DNA of 32,000 nt from Halogeometricum borinquense DSM 11551 (GCF_000172995.2 NC_014729.1:720001-752000), one strand, 5' to 3'. Shown: positions 16,672 through 25,001, counted from the first letter of the stretch. Made by a program: numbers and translations. The notes: generated by a model from the letters alone, not told the origin.

Positions 16672-17544
16672 ATGGCTGGTAACAACCACCACGAAGATGA
16701 CACCGAGCAGCAAACGAATGCGACGCGTCGGACCGCACTGAAGGGGTTCGGGGGCGCACTTGGATTCGGCACGCTAGTCGGGCTTGCGGGTGAGGCGAGT
16801 GCGATGCACATCGGCCCGGGGTACGGCGGTGGTGGCGCATACGACGAACTGGAACCGGACGAGTACATCTGGAAAGACTCCGATTCGGTCACCGTCTTCG
16901 ACGACCAAACCGAACACGGCGGTCCGTACAAGTACAAAGGCGTCCTCTCGGCCTCGATCTACTACCTCGACGTGCAGACGAATCCCGAAGGCGAGTACGA
17001 GCACTACTTCGACGCCGCGTCGTGCTTTACGATCTACCGAGACAGCATGTACGACGATAATGGCTATCAAAAGGTCGCCCACATCGGCCAGACGGAGATC
17101 ACCATCAGCAACAACGCGACAAAGAAAGCGAACATTCTCGCGGACATCGATGATGATGACGTTGGGGCCGCACCAGCCCCGTCCGATACATCAGACCCCG
17201 ATGGGTCAGACTGGGGCGACGCGGCGTTCACCGCGGTCACGACGGCAATCGGTGAAATAAGCGAGCGGGTGAACTGGGGTGCTGCTGCGTTGGACGTGAT
17301 GGATGCGCTCGTTGCCGATGCCGAGTACTCCGCTCCATCGACACAAGAGAAATTCGAGTGGATGTACGGCTCTGGCGAGGAACCGAGCGAAGCGACCAAC
17401 TGTGCCCGCTTCATGCTCAACAACAAAGATTATCATACCGAGATCGACTTCGACATCACCTTCCGTGCAAATTCGAACGCCGAGTCCGTCCTGAATCCGG
17501 ATAAACGGTGGAATATCCAAAAAGACGCGAACGACCACACCTGA
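16672..17544 (+). CDS. Tat-secreted protein of unknown function (290 aa)
   Basis: Twin-arginine signal TRRTALKGFGGALGFGTLVGLAGEASA-M with an A-x-A type cleavage site and no lipobox Cys. The acidic mature part contains a DIDDDDVGAAPAPSDTSDPDGSD linker. Third-position GC supports coding. No family recognised. Confidence 0.6.
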   Translation: MAGNNHHEDDTEQQTNATRRTALKGFGGALGFGTLVGLAGEASAMHIGPGYGGGGAYDELEPDEYIWKDSDSVTVFDDQTEHGGPYKYKGVLSASIYYLDVQTNPEGEYEHYFDAASCFTIYRDSMYDDNGYQKVAHIGQTEITISNNATKKANILADIDDDDVGAAPAPSDTSDPDGSDWGDAAFTAVTTAIGEISERVNWGAAALDVMDALVADAEYSAPSTQEKFEWMYGSGEEPSEATNCARFMLNNKDYHTEIDFDITFRANSNAESVLNPDKRWNIQKDANDHT

Positions 17545-17659
17545 ACCGGCCGGCGCTCGTTTCGCTCCCGGTCTCATCTTTCACTACCTGATCGTTGCCG
17601 ACGCTTTCGATCCTGTCTTCGGAAAATACACAGCACAGTGAACGGTCGGCCGAGATGTC

Positions 17660-18358
17660 TCAGTCGTCGGACGGAGTCGGGACCGCGTCTGCGATTTCCG
17701 CGGGAAGTTCAGTCGATTCGACGGGGTCGAACTCGTCGTAGTGGACGATCTCATCGACCGGGCGGCGGTACTTCCGTTCGTTCTCCACGTCGGCCGCCTC
17801 GTCGTCGGGGTAGCCCAGCGTGACGAGCATGACGGGTTCGTACTGGTCGCCGTCGATGTCGAACGTGTCGAGGACGCCCTCGGGGTCGAATCCGCCCATC
17901 GGACAGGAGGCGACGCCCTCCTCCCACGCGGCGTTCATCAGTTCCGTCGCGGCGATAGTAGTCGAACGAACCGTCCAGACCCGGCGCTCCGCTTCGGGGA
18001 GGTCTGCCATTCCCTCGATGTTGCCCAGCACGGCGTCTCGGGCGTCCTCGTTCGGGAGGTAGCCTTTCGCTAACCAGTCGTCAAGGACGGCGTCGGCGTG
18101 CGCCGAGGGGTCCTTGTTGCCGAGAACGACGACGGCGACGGGTGCCTCGGTGACGTGTTCTTGATCGTAGGCGACTTCGCGGAGTTGCTGGCGCTTCTCG
18201 TCGTCAGTCAGGACGAGAAACTCCCACGGTTGGAGGTTGTAACTCGATGGCGCGTGTCGAACGCGCTCGAAAATCGACTCGATGACTTCCGTTGGAAGGT
18301 CTTCGTCTGCGTACTGGTGGACGGATCGTCGAGAGGTGACGACTTCGTCGTATTCCAT
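17660..18358 (-). CDS. Nitroreductase-family (FMN-dependent) oxidoreductase
   Basis: TSRRSVHQYADEDLP...VRHAPSSYNLQPWEF is the canonical nitroreductase N-terminal signature. Start trimmed to the ATG at 18358 (MEYDEVV). Confidence 0.85.
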   Translation of the reverse strand: MEYDEVVTSRRSVHQYADEDLPTEVIESIFERVRHAPSSYNLQPWEFLVLTDDEKRQQLREVAYDQEHVTEAPVAVVVLGNKDPSAHADAVLDDWLAKGYLPNEDARDAVLGNIEGMADLPEAERRVWTVRSTTIAATELMNAAWEEGVASCPMGGFDPEGVLDTFDIDGDQYEPVMLVTLGYPDDEAADVENERKYRRPVDEIVHYDEFDPVESTELPAEIADAVPTPSDD

Positions 18359-18500
18359 CGTGAGCGCATACGCCCGGATGTGATAAAGCGCGGCTGACAC
18401 CGGCGGTCGTCTCCGCCACCGATTCTGTGCTCGCAAGCCTCGTAGTGTAATCTAACCAGGTTACACTGACGATATCGGGACGCCGGTATCCCATGAGACC

Positions 18501-18923
18501 TCAGTGGACGACGGTCACGGGGACGGGCGACCGCCTGACGATGGCCTCCGCAACGCTTCCTAAGAGAATACGCGAGATGCCCTCGCGGCCGTGGCTCCCG
18601 ATGACGATGTGGTCTACCTCGCCCTCGCGTGCGACTTCGAGGATGGTCGCGGCGGGCCGGCCGACCTCGATTCGCGTGTCGATGTCCATCTCCGGCGAGA
18701 GCTCGTCTTTTGCATCCTCAAACACCGTAGAGGCCTGTTCGCGGGCGGCTTCGTACCACTCTTCGGAGCCGGCTGGAAACGCGCTCAGACGGTAGCCGGC
18801 CTCTATCGGGTTGATGACGTTGAGAAGGGTGACGTTGGCGTTCCCCCACTCCGACGCGGCGAACCGCAACGCCTCGACGGACTGCGGAGACCCATCGACC
18901 GGGAGGAGTAGATGGTGGGCCAT
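18501..18923 (-). CDS. Universal stress protein (UspA family)
   Basis: MAHHLLLPVDGSPQS...HIVIGSHGREGISRILLGSVAEAIVRRSPVPVTVV shows the typical Usp ATP-binding G-2x-G-9x-G(S/T) block. Confidence 0.9.
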   Translation of the reverse strand: MAHHLLLPVDGSPQSVEALRFAASEWGNANVTLLNVINPIEAGYRLSAFPAGSEEWYEAAREQASTVFEDAKDELSPEMDIDTRIEVGRPAATILEVAREGEVDHIVIGSHGREGISRILLGSVAEAIVRRSPVPVTVVH

Positions 18924-18972
18924 ATTCGTAGTATGTTACCAATTCACAAAAGGAACCCGTCTGTGATGCGGA

Positions 18973-20829
18973 TTACTCGCCGTGTCGTGTCACGCACGTC
19001 GAGAGACCGACAAGTTCGACGGGTTCGGAGTTATCGGGCGAGTAGACGACCATCTGCCCTTTTTCCATGTACGGCACCTTGTCTTCGAGATTCGGCGGGA
19101 TGTTGACGCTCTTGATGGCGTCCTCGTCACCGAGATTGAGGACGAGTTTCGTGTTCACCTGTTTGAATACCGGTTCGGCCACGCCTTGGGGGTCCTGTGT
19201 GATCAAAAACAGTCCTAACCGCTCTTTTCGACCCTGTTTGGCCGCCTCGGTGAACTTCGAGACGACCTTTCTGGCTTGAACGTTGTCGGCGTCCGCGAGG
19301 AAGTTGTGCGCCTCGTCCATTCCGAGAACGAGCGGCGTCTGCTTGATTCGCTGTGAGTCGGGCGTGTTCGACAGTTTGTCGTCGATGAGCATGCTCGACA
19401 CCGCGAGGACGAACATCTCCTTGGCTCGACTCGTCGAGAGGTGATACGTCGGAATGACGGTGAGGCCGCCGGGGCGGACGAGTTCGTGGTCCAGTTCCGT
19501 GATGGGACGGGCCGACTGGTCGAACACGCCGTTCGGGACGCCTCGAACACGACGCTTCACCGCATCGAACGTTGCTTCGTGAACGCGCCCGGACTCGTGC
19601 AGTTCCTCTTTCAACGCCGGGTCGTCCAGAAACGTCAGGAACTCGTCGTACGTTCCTTCGTCGCCGTACTGTCGGAAGAACCGGCGGAGCAGTTCCTTCA
19701 GCGCCGGGAACTGGTTTTCATTGAGACTGCTTCCGGCGACTAACCACGGCCTGTCACGCGCCATCGAGAACGGAATCGTGAACTCCAACTGTTCGGCCCG
19801 ATGGTTGTCGCCGCCGTAGGGGACGCCGTCTTCTTTCGGCACGAGTGCGATGGTGTCGTCGTGACCGCCGTGGGCGACGCCCTCGCGTTCGTACCGTCGC
19901 GCGACGGACTCGGTCATCTCGGGGTTGTCGTCGTGCATCTGGGCGTACTCGTCCTGCGGGTCGAACTGGACGACGGCCATCCGGGCGTCGCGCCCGTCGT
20001 CCATCTCGTACGTCCGGTCCGAATCGAGGAGTTGTCGGAGGAGGTTCTTCGAGGCGTGGGTCTTCCCGGACCCGGTCCCACCGGCGACGAGGGTGTGTCG
20101 GAAGACGAGCGGGTCGCCGTCAGTGTAGTCGTCTTTCAACCGGTAGTCGATAGTCGGCGGTTCCGCCGCTGTCCGGACTTTCTCGCCGCCGACGGAGAGA
20201 TGTCCTAAGAAGACGCCTTCAGCGGGAATCTTTAGCCCCGTCTTTATCTGCTCTGGGTCGGTGGCTTCGGCGACGATAGCACCCGGTTTCGGTACGCGGT
20301 CTACCATCCGGCGTTTGAGTTCGTCGCCCTGTTCGAAGAGAACTGCCACGGGGTCCAACGACGCGACGAACTTGTAGTCACGTTCTTCGAACCCTTGCTG
20401 GCGCATCGCGCGCCGGGCGTGAATCTCCGTTGCGTCGTCCGTCTGGAACTCTTGGGCGTACTCCAACGCGGTGATGCGACAGAACAGGAGTTCGTCGTCA
20501 GGATAGGGAACGAGGAGATATTTCCCGAGACGCACGTCGTCCCGGTTGCCCGTTGTGACGAACGCCCGAAGGGTAGTCTCGTCGCCGTCCTCGGCGACGC
20601 GGAGGCCCTGCGAGACGGAGACGGCACCGATACCGCGGTCCTCTCCTGCGGGCGATACGTCGTACGTCTCGAACGAGACGCCGTCCGTATCGGTGCTGGG
20701 TTCGGAATCGGACTGAGGGGACTGCTCGCGCGTCTGCGCCTCCTCGGTGGCGGACGCGTCGGTCGTATGCGAGGACGATTCCGTGTCGGGGTCGTCCTCG
20801 AAGTCGGTGAAATCACCGAGGTCGGACAT
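18973..20829 (-). CDS. HerA/FtsK-superfamily (DUF87-type) ATPase, HerA-like, with an acidic N-terminal tail
   Basis: Walker A LVAGGTGSGKTHASKNL, Walker B LVLGMDEAHNFL, and LFLITQDPQGV downstream. N-terminal barrel-like region LGKYLLVPYPDDELLFCRITALEY. The first roughly 60 aa are D/E/S/T-rich. Confidence 0.8.
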   Translation of the reverse strand: MSDLGDFTDFEDDPDTESSSHTTDASATEEAQTREQSPQSDSEPSTDTDGVSFETYDVSPAGEDRGIGAVSVSQGLRVAEDGDETTLRAFVTTGNRDDVRLGKYLLVPYPDDELLFCRITALEYAQEFQTDDATEIHARRAMRQQGFEERDYKFVASLDPVAVLFEQGDELKRRMVDRVPKPGAIVAEATDPEQIKTGLKIPAEGVFLGHLSVGGEKVRTAAEPPTIDYRLKDDYTDGDPLVFRHTLVAGGTGSGKTHASKNLLRQLLDSDRTYEMDDGRDARMAVVQFDPQDEYAQMHDDNPEMTESVARRYEREGVAHGGHDDTIALVPKEDGVPYGGDNHRAEQLEFTIPFSMARDRPWLVAGSSLNENQFPALKELLRRFFRQYGDEGTYDEFLTFLDDPALKEELHESGRVHEATFDAVKRRVRGVPNGVFDQSARPITELDHELVRPGGLTVIPTYHLSTSRAKEMFVLAVSSMLIDDKLSNTPDSQRIKQTPLVLGMDEAHNFLADADNVQARKVVSKFTEAAKQGRKERLGLFLITQDPQGVAEPVFKQVNTKLVLNLGDEDAIKSVNIPPNLEDKVPYMEKGQMVVYSPDNSEPVELVGLSTCVTRHGE

Positions 20830-20920
20830 GTTCTCAGACAGGATAGCGGGCGACTAAAACACCTGTCCCTTCGAAGCCCTCCCGCGCGTCTTTTCAGCCC
20901 CCGGCGCGTATGTATACCAT

Positions 20921-21262
20921 ATGCTTCTAGTTCGTGGCCACGGCGGCGGTACGACGTTGACGGGCACTATCTTCGAACGCGGTGAGGAGGCCCCGTCGTA
21001 CAAGGGCGCGCCCGACGAAGACGCGCCGTACGTGTGGGTCTGCGACGAGTTCTACGAGGTCGAAAGCGGCGGCTCTGAGACGGAAATCGATGGGCGGACG
21101 ATCAACGTCGCGTTCGACTCGCCGATGCCGCGCGGATTTGACACGCGCGAGCAGGCCGTCGAGGCCGCAAAAGAACATGTCAGGACGCAGTTCGCCCGCG
21201 TCGGCGTCGCGGCCGAGGACGTGCGTATCGAAGTCGTCAAGAGCGAACCGGGCGCGACCTGA
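20921..21262 (+). CDS. Small acidic cytoplasmic protein (113 aa), unknown function
   Basis: Track ORF MLLVRGHGGGTTLTGTIFERGEE...VRIEVVKSEPGAT. Third-position GC is very high by eye and the composition is typically haloarchaeal. It sits between the HerA-like and NurA-like genes on the opposite strand. Confidence 0.6.
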   Translation: MLLVRGHGGGTTLTGTIFERGEEAPSYKGAPDEDAPYVWVCDEFYEVESGGSETEIDGRTINVAFDSPMPRGFDTREQAVEAAKEHVRTQFARVGVAAEDVRIEVVKSEPGAT

Positions 21263-21280
21263 TTTCTCGGGGGGAACCCG

Positions 21281-22537
21281 CTATTCGTTGGGTGCCCACC
21301 GCACGTCGTCGTAGCGCCAGACGGCGTCGGAACCGAGATTCTCCTCCAGTTTTCGTCTGAGCGCGACTTTCTCTCGGGCGCTAATGCGCGCCAGTTCGTC
21401 AGCTTTGGCGACTGCCTCGGGCGGACCGCGTTCGGCCGCGATGTCTCTGAGCATCTGCGTCGTGAGTTGCCGTCGAACGGTCTCGTCGCGTGCGAACGCC
21501 ACCGGCGCTTCGACGCGGTAGAGAACGTCTGTCCGTGGATCGTAGACGACGAAGAACGCGACTTCGTACAGGTCGTCGTCGAGGTTCCGTTCGAGACCGT
21601 AGGCGTCGCCGTCGGCGGCGAACGTCCGGTCTGACCCGCCGCGTGAGACAAACCAGTTAGTGAACGTCAGTTCCGAGGTGTCTCGCCGCTCCGTTTCGCC
21701 GTTACCGACCGCGCGACGTTCGAGCAGACGAGTGAAGAAGGCGGTGTCGTCGGCCCATGGCGCTTCCATCCCCCGATCACGGACGGCGTTGACGAGGTGC
21801 TTCGACGCCGGGTTCTTGACGAACCCACAGAGAGGGACGTCGCGTTCGACGAACCGCTCGACAAGACGCATGTAGTTCTTGACGACCTCTTTCGGCTTTG
21901 CCTCCCGCGAGAGGTTCCGGAGTTCGCTGTCTCGGTCGCGCCAGTTCAGCAACTCCTTCGGATACAGTGGCCCATCGAGGATGAGGAGATCATCAACCCT
22001 GTCTGCGTACTCTAAGGCGTGCGTACTCTCGGAGAGATAGAGGGCGAGAGCGTGGACGACGCCCTCAGCGTAACGACTCACCCGCGGCGCGTGGATGATT
22101 CGCCACCGACAGTAGCCGTCGTCCAGTTTGCGCCACGGCTCGTCCAGTTTGAGCGTTGAATCGTTTGCGTGCGTGGTGGCGACGATACTCCGGTGTCGAT
22201 GCAGATCCAAGTCGGAGGGAACTGCGGCCATCGCCGCCTGCGCCACATCGAGGACGATGCCGTTTTTGAACGTCGTCGGGTTGATCGTGCCCGAATCGAG
22301 ACCGTGGGCCGTCTCGAACGGTGGGTCAGCCAGCGCCACGTCGTCGATAGTGACCGACCGGAGGCGACGCTCACCCAATGGGTCCAAAACGACGTCACCA
22401 TCCGGCCCGTACAGTGGGTCGAGATACTCATCCCAGACCGTTCGTGCGAGGTCAACGTGTTCCTCGTCGTCCACGTTTCGGGCGAGATAGGCCGCTAAAT
22501 CCGCGATTCCGTCCACGTGGACGGGGTCGAGGGTCAT
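21281..22537 (-). CDS. NurA-domain nuclease-like protein
   Basis: Blocks resembling NurA catalytic motifs: AHGLDSGTINP (Asp motif I), LLILDGPLYPKELL (second Asp motif) and CGFVKNPASKHLVN (Lys motif). At 418 aa the length fits. Assigned from motif memory plus proximity to the HerA-like gene. Confidence 0.65.
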   Translation of the reverse strand: MTLDPVHVDGIADLAAYLARNVDDEEHVDLARTVWDEYLDPLYGPDGDVVLDPLGERRLRSVTIDDVALADPPFETAHGLDSGTINPTTFKNGIVLDVAQAAMAAVPSDLDLHRHRSIVATTHANDSTLKLDEPWRKLDDGYCRWRIIHAPRVSRYAEGVVHALALYLSESTHALEYADRVDDLLILDGPLYPKELLNWRDRDSELRNLSREAKPKEVVKNYMRLVERFVERDVPLCGFVKNPASKHLVNAVRDRGMEAPWADDTAFFTRLLERRAVGNGETERRDTSELTFTNWFVSRGGSDRTFAADGDAYGLERNLDDDLYEVAFFVVYDPRTDVLYRVEAPVAFARDETVRRQLTTQMLRDIAAERGPPEAVAKADELARISAREKVALRRKLEENLGSDAVWRYDDVRWAPNE

Positions 22538-22643
22538 GCTGCATCTGTGGATGTGTGCGTAGAAAAACCCCCACTTCCTCCGGTATCAGCGACTAGCTAC
22601 CGTCTGGCTGTCACTATCTGGCCTTGCACGAACGCAAACGGTC

Positions 22644-23330
22644 ATGAGGCTCAATTACGTACTATCAGCCGTGACCATCCGGGCAGTCGGGTTCGATCTC
22701 GACTACACACTCGCCGTACCCACGCGCGACCGAGCGACGATTCTGCGTGACGCCGCAACGGACGCGGGTGCGCCGCCACTCTCCAGAGACGCGTATCTCG
22801 ACGCGCATCAACAGCATCTGACACAGGAGACGCGAACGCCGATTTTCCGCACGCTCCTCGACGGCCGAGAATCCGATACGGACCCCGCGGCCGTCGCCAC
22901 TGCGTACCGCGAACACATCGCTGATGCCCTCGTTCTCATCGACAACGCAGCGCAGTTCCTCGCCGAACTGCGCGGTCAGTACACGGTGGGACTTCTCACG
23001 AACGGTCCACGCGTGGCCCAGCGGGACAAACTCGACACGCTTGGCTGGAACGACGCCTTCGACGTGGCACTCGTCACCGGAGAACTGCCCGCCGGAAAAC
23101 CGAACTCCGCCGCGTTTGAGGCACTACTGGATGCTCTCGGCACCGACGCCGCCGAGACGGCGTACGTCGGTGACGACGTGGATGCCGACATCGGCGGGGC
23201 GGCGAACGCCGGACTCGTCCCCATTCAAGTGGTCTTCGACGGTGGACCGGATCCCGATCCGCGCGCCGCCGCGCACGTCGAACGCGACGAGTTAGTGCGG
23301 CGACTGCCGTCGGTTCTCGATTCGCTCTAG
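22644..23330 (+). CDS. HAD-superfamily hydrolase
   Basis: Motif I VGFDLDYTLA (DxDxT), motif II LLTNG, and motif III/IV K...YVGDDVDADIGGAANAG. The start could instead be the downstream GTG at about 22671. Confidence 0.85.
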   Translation: MRLNYVLSAVTIRAVGFDLDYTLAVPTRDRATILRDAATDAGAPPLSRDAYLDAHQQHLTQETRTPIFRTLLDGRESDTDPAAVATAYREHIADALVLIDNAAQFLAELRGQYTVGLLTNGPRVAQRDKLDTLGWNDAFDVALVTGELPAGKPNSAAFEALLDALGTDAAETAYVGDDVDADIGGAANAGLVPIQVVFDGGPDPDPRAAAHVERDELVRRLPSVLDSL

Positions 23331-23349
23331 TTGCGCTCTCGATACGGAG

Positions 23350-23721
23350 TTACTCGGTGGCGACGACGCGCAGTGCCGGTAAGAGCCACTTCACCTGTGC
23401 GCCGTTTTCGACGAAGACGAGCGTTCGCGCCGGCTTGACCGCTTTCGGACGGACGCGGAGTCCTTCCTGTTCGGCCACGTCCGCGACAGTAGCCATCTCG
23501 GTGACGAACTCGACGCGCGCACGGTCCGGCTGGACGAACACCTCCGCAACCTGTTCGCCGTCGTGTTCGATAGCGTAGGCAAACGCGCCGTCATCCGTCG
23601 GTTCCACGTCCGGGTCGGAGTCGGTCACGGAGAGCGACGACAGCGACCGTTCGTGACCCGTGACCTCGGAAGCGAGGAGTTGGGCGATTCGCTTTCCGTG
23701 CGACAGTCGGTCCTCGACCAT
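23350..23721 (-). CDS. Acidic hypothetical protein (123 aa)
   Basis: Track ORF with typical haloarchaeal composition and codon bias. No motif recognised. Confidence 0.55.
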   Translation of the reverse strand: MVEDRLSHGKRIAQLLASEVTGHERSLSSLSVTDSDPDVEPTDDGAFAYAIEHDGEQVAEVFVQPDRARVEFVTEMATVADVAEQEGLRVRPKAVKPARTLVFVENGAQVKWLLPALRVVATE

Positions 23722-23826
23722 ATCCTTACTTTACCGTCGGAGGGTTTAGACGGCGTGGTTGTCTGTGGCTGATGCGGTTGGACGCGCGGTCAGTTGTGCG
23801 TAGCACAAAATCCGATAGGACGGCAG

Positions 23827-24267
23827 CTACAACTCCTCTCTCGCCTTCTGTGCGGCGTCACCGACCTCTACGCCGTGCTGTTTCGCGTACAGTGCGGCCG
23901 CCGCCTCCACGCTGACGCCGAGGCGACGCTGCACATCGTTCACGTCCGCAACCGCGGATTGTTTGTCGTGCCCGTCGGCGACGAGTGCGTCGAGGATTCG
24001 TTCGAATGCCGACTGCTCGCGGAGAATCGATTGGTCCGGTTCGTAGTCTTCGGGCACGGTGACCCCCGCGGGATCGAACTCGGCGACGACGTTGCCGTCG
24101 TCGCGGGAGACCAAGCCGCGCCCAGCGGCAACATCGATGAGGCGTTTGGCCTGATCGGGCGAGAACCAATCGCGGTCCAACGAGAGAGCGACCACGAACT
24201 CGCCTTCGCCCAACTGGTCGGTCCCGCGTTGTTTGAACGGTACCGCCACCGCGACGTCGAGGCTCAT
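23827..24267 (-). CDS. Conserved archaeal hypothetical protein (I believe DUF2240-like)
   Basis: Start set at the ATG at 24267 (MSLDVAVAVPFKQRGTDQL...). The upstream remainder of the 290-aa track ORF is antisense to rps8e and compositionally aberrant. Confidence 0.6.
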   Translation of the reverse strand: MSLDVAVAVPFKQRGTDQLGEGEFVVALSLDRDWFSPDQAKRLIDVAAGRGLVSRDDGNVVAEFDPAGVTVPEDYEPDQSILREQSAFERILDALVADGHDKQSAVADVNDVQRRLGVSVEAAAALYAKQHGVEVGDAAQKAREEL

Positions 24268-24301
24268 GTCCACGTGTCGGGACGCGCCCGCACAAGGAGT
24301 T

Positions 24302-24345
24302 CCCGGTTTCCGCGTGTGGGTCTCCCGGGTTCTTCGTGTGGGTCT
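24302..24345. repeat. Tandem 22-nt direct repeat in the divergent spacer upstream of rps8e
   Basis: CCCGGTTTCCGCGTGTGGGTCT (24302-24323) is directly followed by CCCGGGTTCTTCGTGTGGGTCT (24324-24345), 19 of 22 identical. A third partial CCCCGGGTTCC lies at 24361-24371. Confidence 0.9.
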
Positions 24346-24445
24346 TTGAAACACCGTATTCCCCGGGTTCCAAGCGAGTGCTGGACTCGCACACGTCGAA
24401 GGCCGATTCGAGCGATTGAAGTACTTACCGGGTTTTTCACCCCGT

Positions 24446-24823
24446 ATGAAGGACCAAGGACGCTCGAAGCGGAAGCGCACCGGCGGGCGACTTCGACCCT
24501 CGCACAAGAAGAAGCGATACCAGCTCGGCCGCGAACCGACCGAGACCACCGTCGGCGAACCGCGATTCCGCGTCGTTGACTCGCGTGGCAACCAGAAGAA
24601 GCTCCGCGCGCTCTCCACCAACGTCGCCCAAGTGGCCGACGGCGGTGACGTCAGCGAGGCTGAAATCGAGAACGTCGTTGACAACCCGTCGAACGTCAAC
24701 TACATCCGCCGGAACATCATCACGAAGGGCGCTATCATCGAGACCAGCGCTGGCCGCGCTCGCGTGACCTCGCGTCCCGGTCAGGACGGACAGGTTAACG
24801 CCGTCCTCGTCGACGAAGAGTAA
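24446..24823 (+). CDS. rps8e: 30S ribosomal protein S8e
   Basis: MKDQGRSKRKRTGGRLRPSHKKKRYQLGREP...RRNIITKGAIIET...GQVNAVLV is the characteristic S8e sequence. Start set at the ATG at 24446. Confidence 0.9.
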   Translation: MKDQGRSKRKRTGGRLRPSHKKKRYQLGREPTETTVGEPRFRVVDSRGNQKKLRALSTNVAQVADGGDVSEAEIENVVDNPSNVNYIRRNIITKGAIIETSAGRARVTSRPGQDGQVNAVLVDEE

Positions 24824-25001
24824 TCGCGCGATTCTCTGTAGTCGTTTCTGCAACTTCGCGCTGACTCACCCTGTTGTGAAGTTCAGCGCAGTATTCTCTG
24901 CAGATGCGACTCTGCTTTGTTCTCGTCCCGAGCGACAGTGGTCGCTCGCTGTGAAATGATGACGGGACGGACAGCGTAGGGAGATAGAAACGCGCGCTTG
25001 A

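Noticed and set aside
16672-17544. Identification of the Tat-secreted orphan as a known halocin
   Set aside because: It has only two Cys residues, with no Cys-rich C-terminal peptide as in the C8-type and no long hydrophobic stretch as I recall for the H4-type. I recognise no sequence resemblance. It is retained only as an uncharacterised secreted protein.
20837-20867. 6-bp inverted repeat GACAGG / CCTGTC bracketing the putative TATA of the HerA-like gene
   Set aside because: The arms are too short and the loop is 19 nt, so it is expected by chance in a 32-kb window. It is not reported as a finding.
24268-24445. SRP (7S) RNA or RNase P RNA next to rps8e
   Set aside because: The spacer is only 178 nt, far shorter than either RNA, and I see none of their conserved motifs. 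Only the tandem 22-mer is notable.
24956-24962. AUGAUGA (C-box-like) in the rps8e-phoU spacer, suggesting a C/D box sRNA
   Set aside because: There is no CUGA D box or C'/D' pair at appropriate spacing downstream on the plus strand, and no matching box arrangement on the minus strand.
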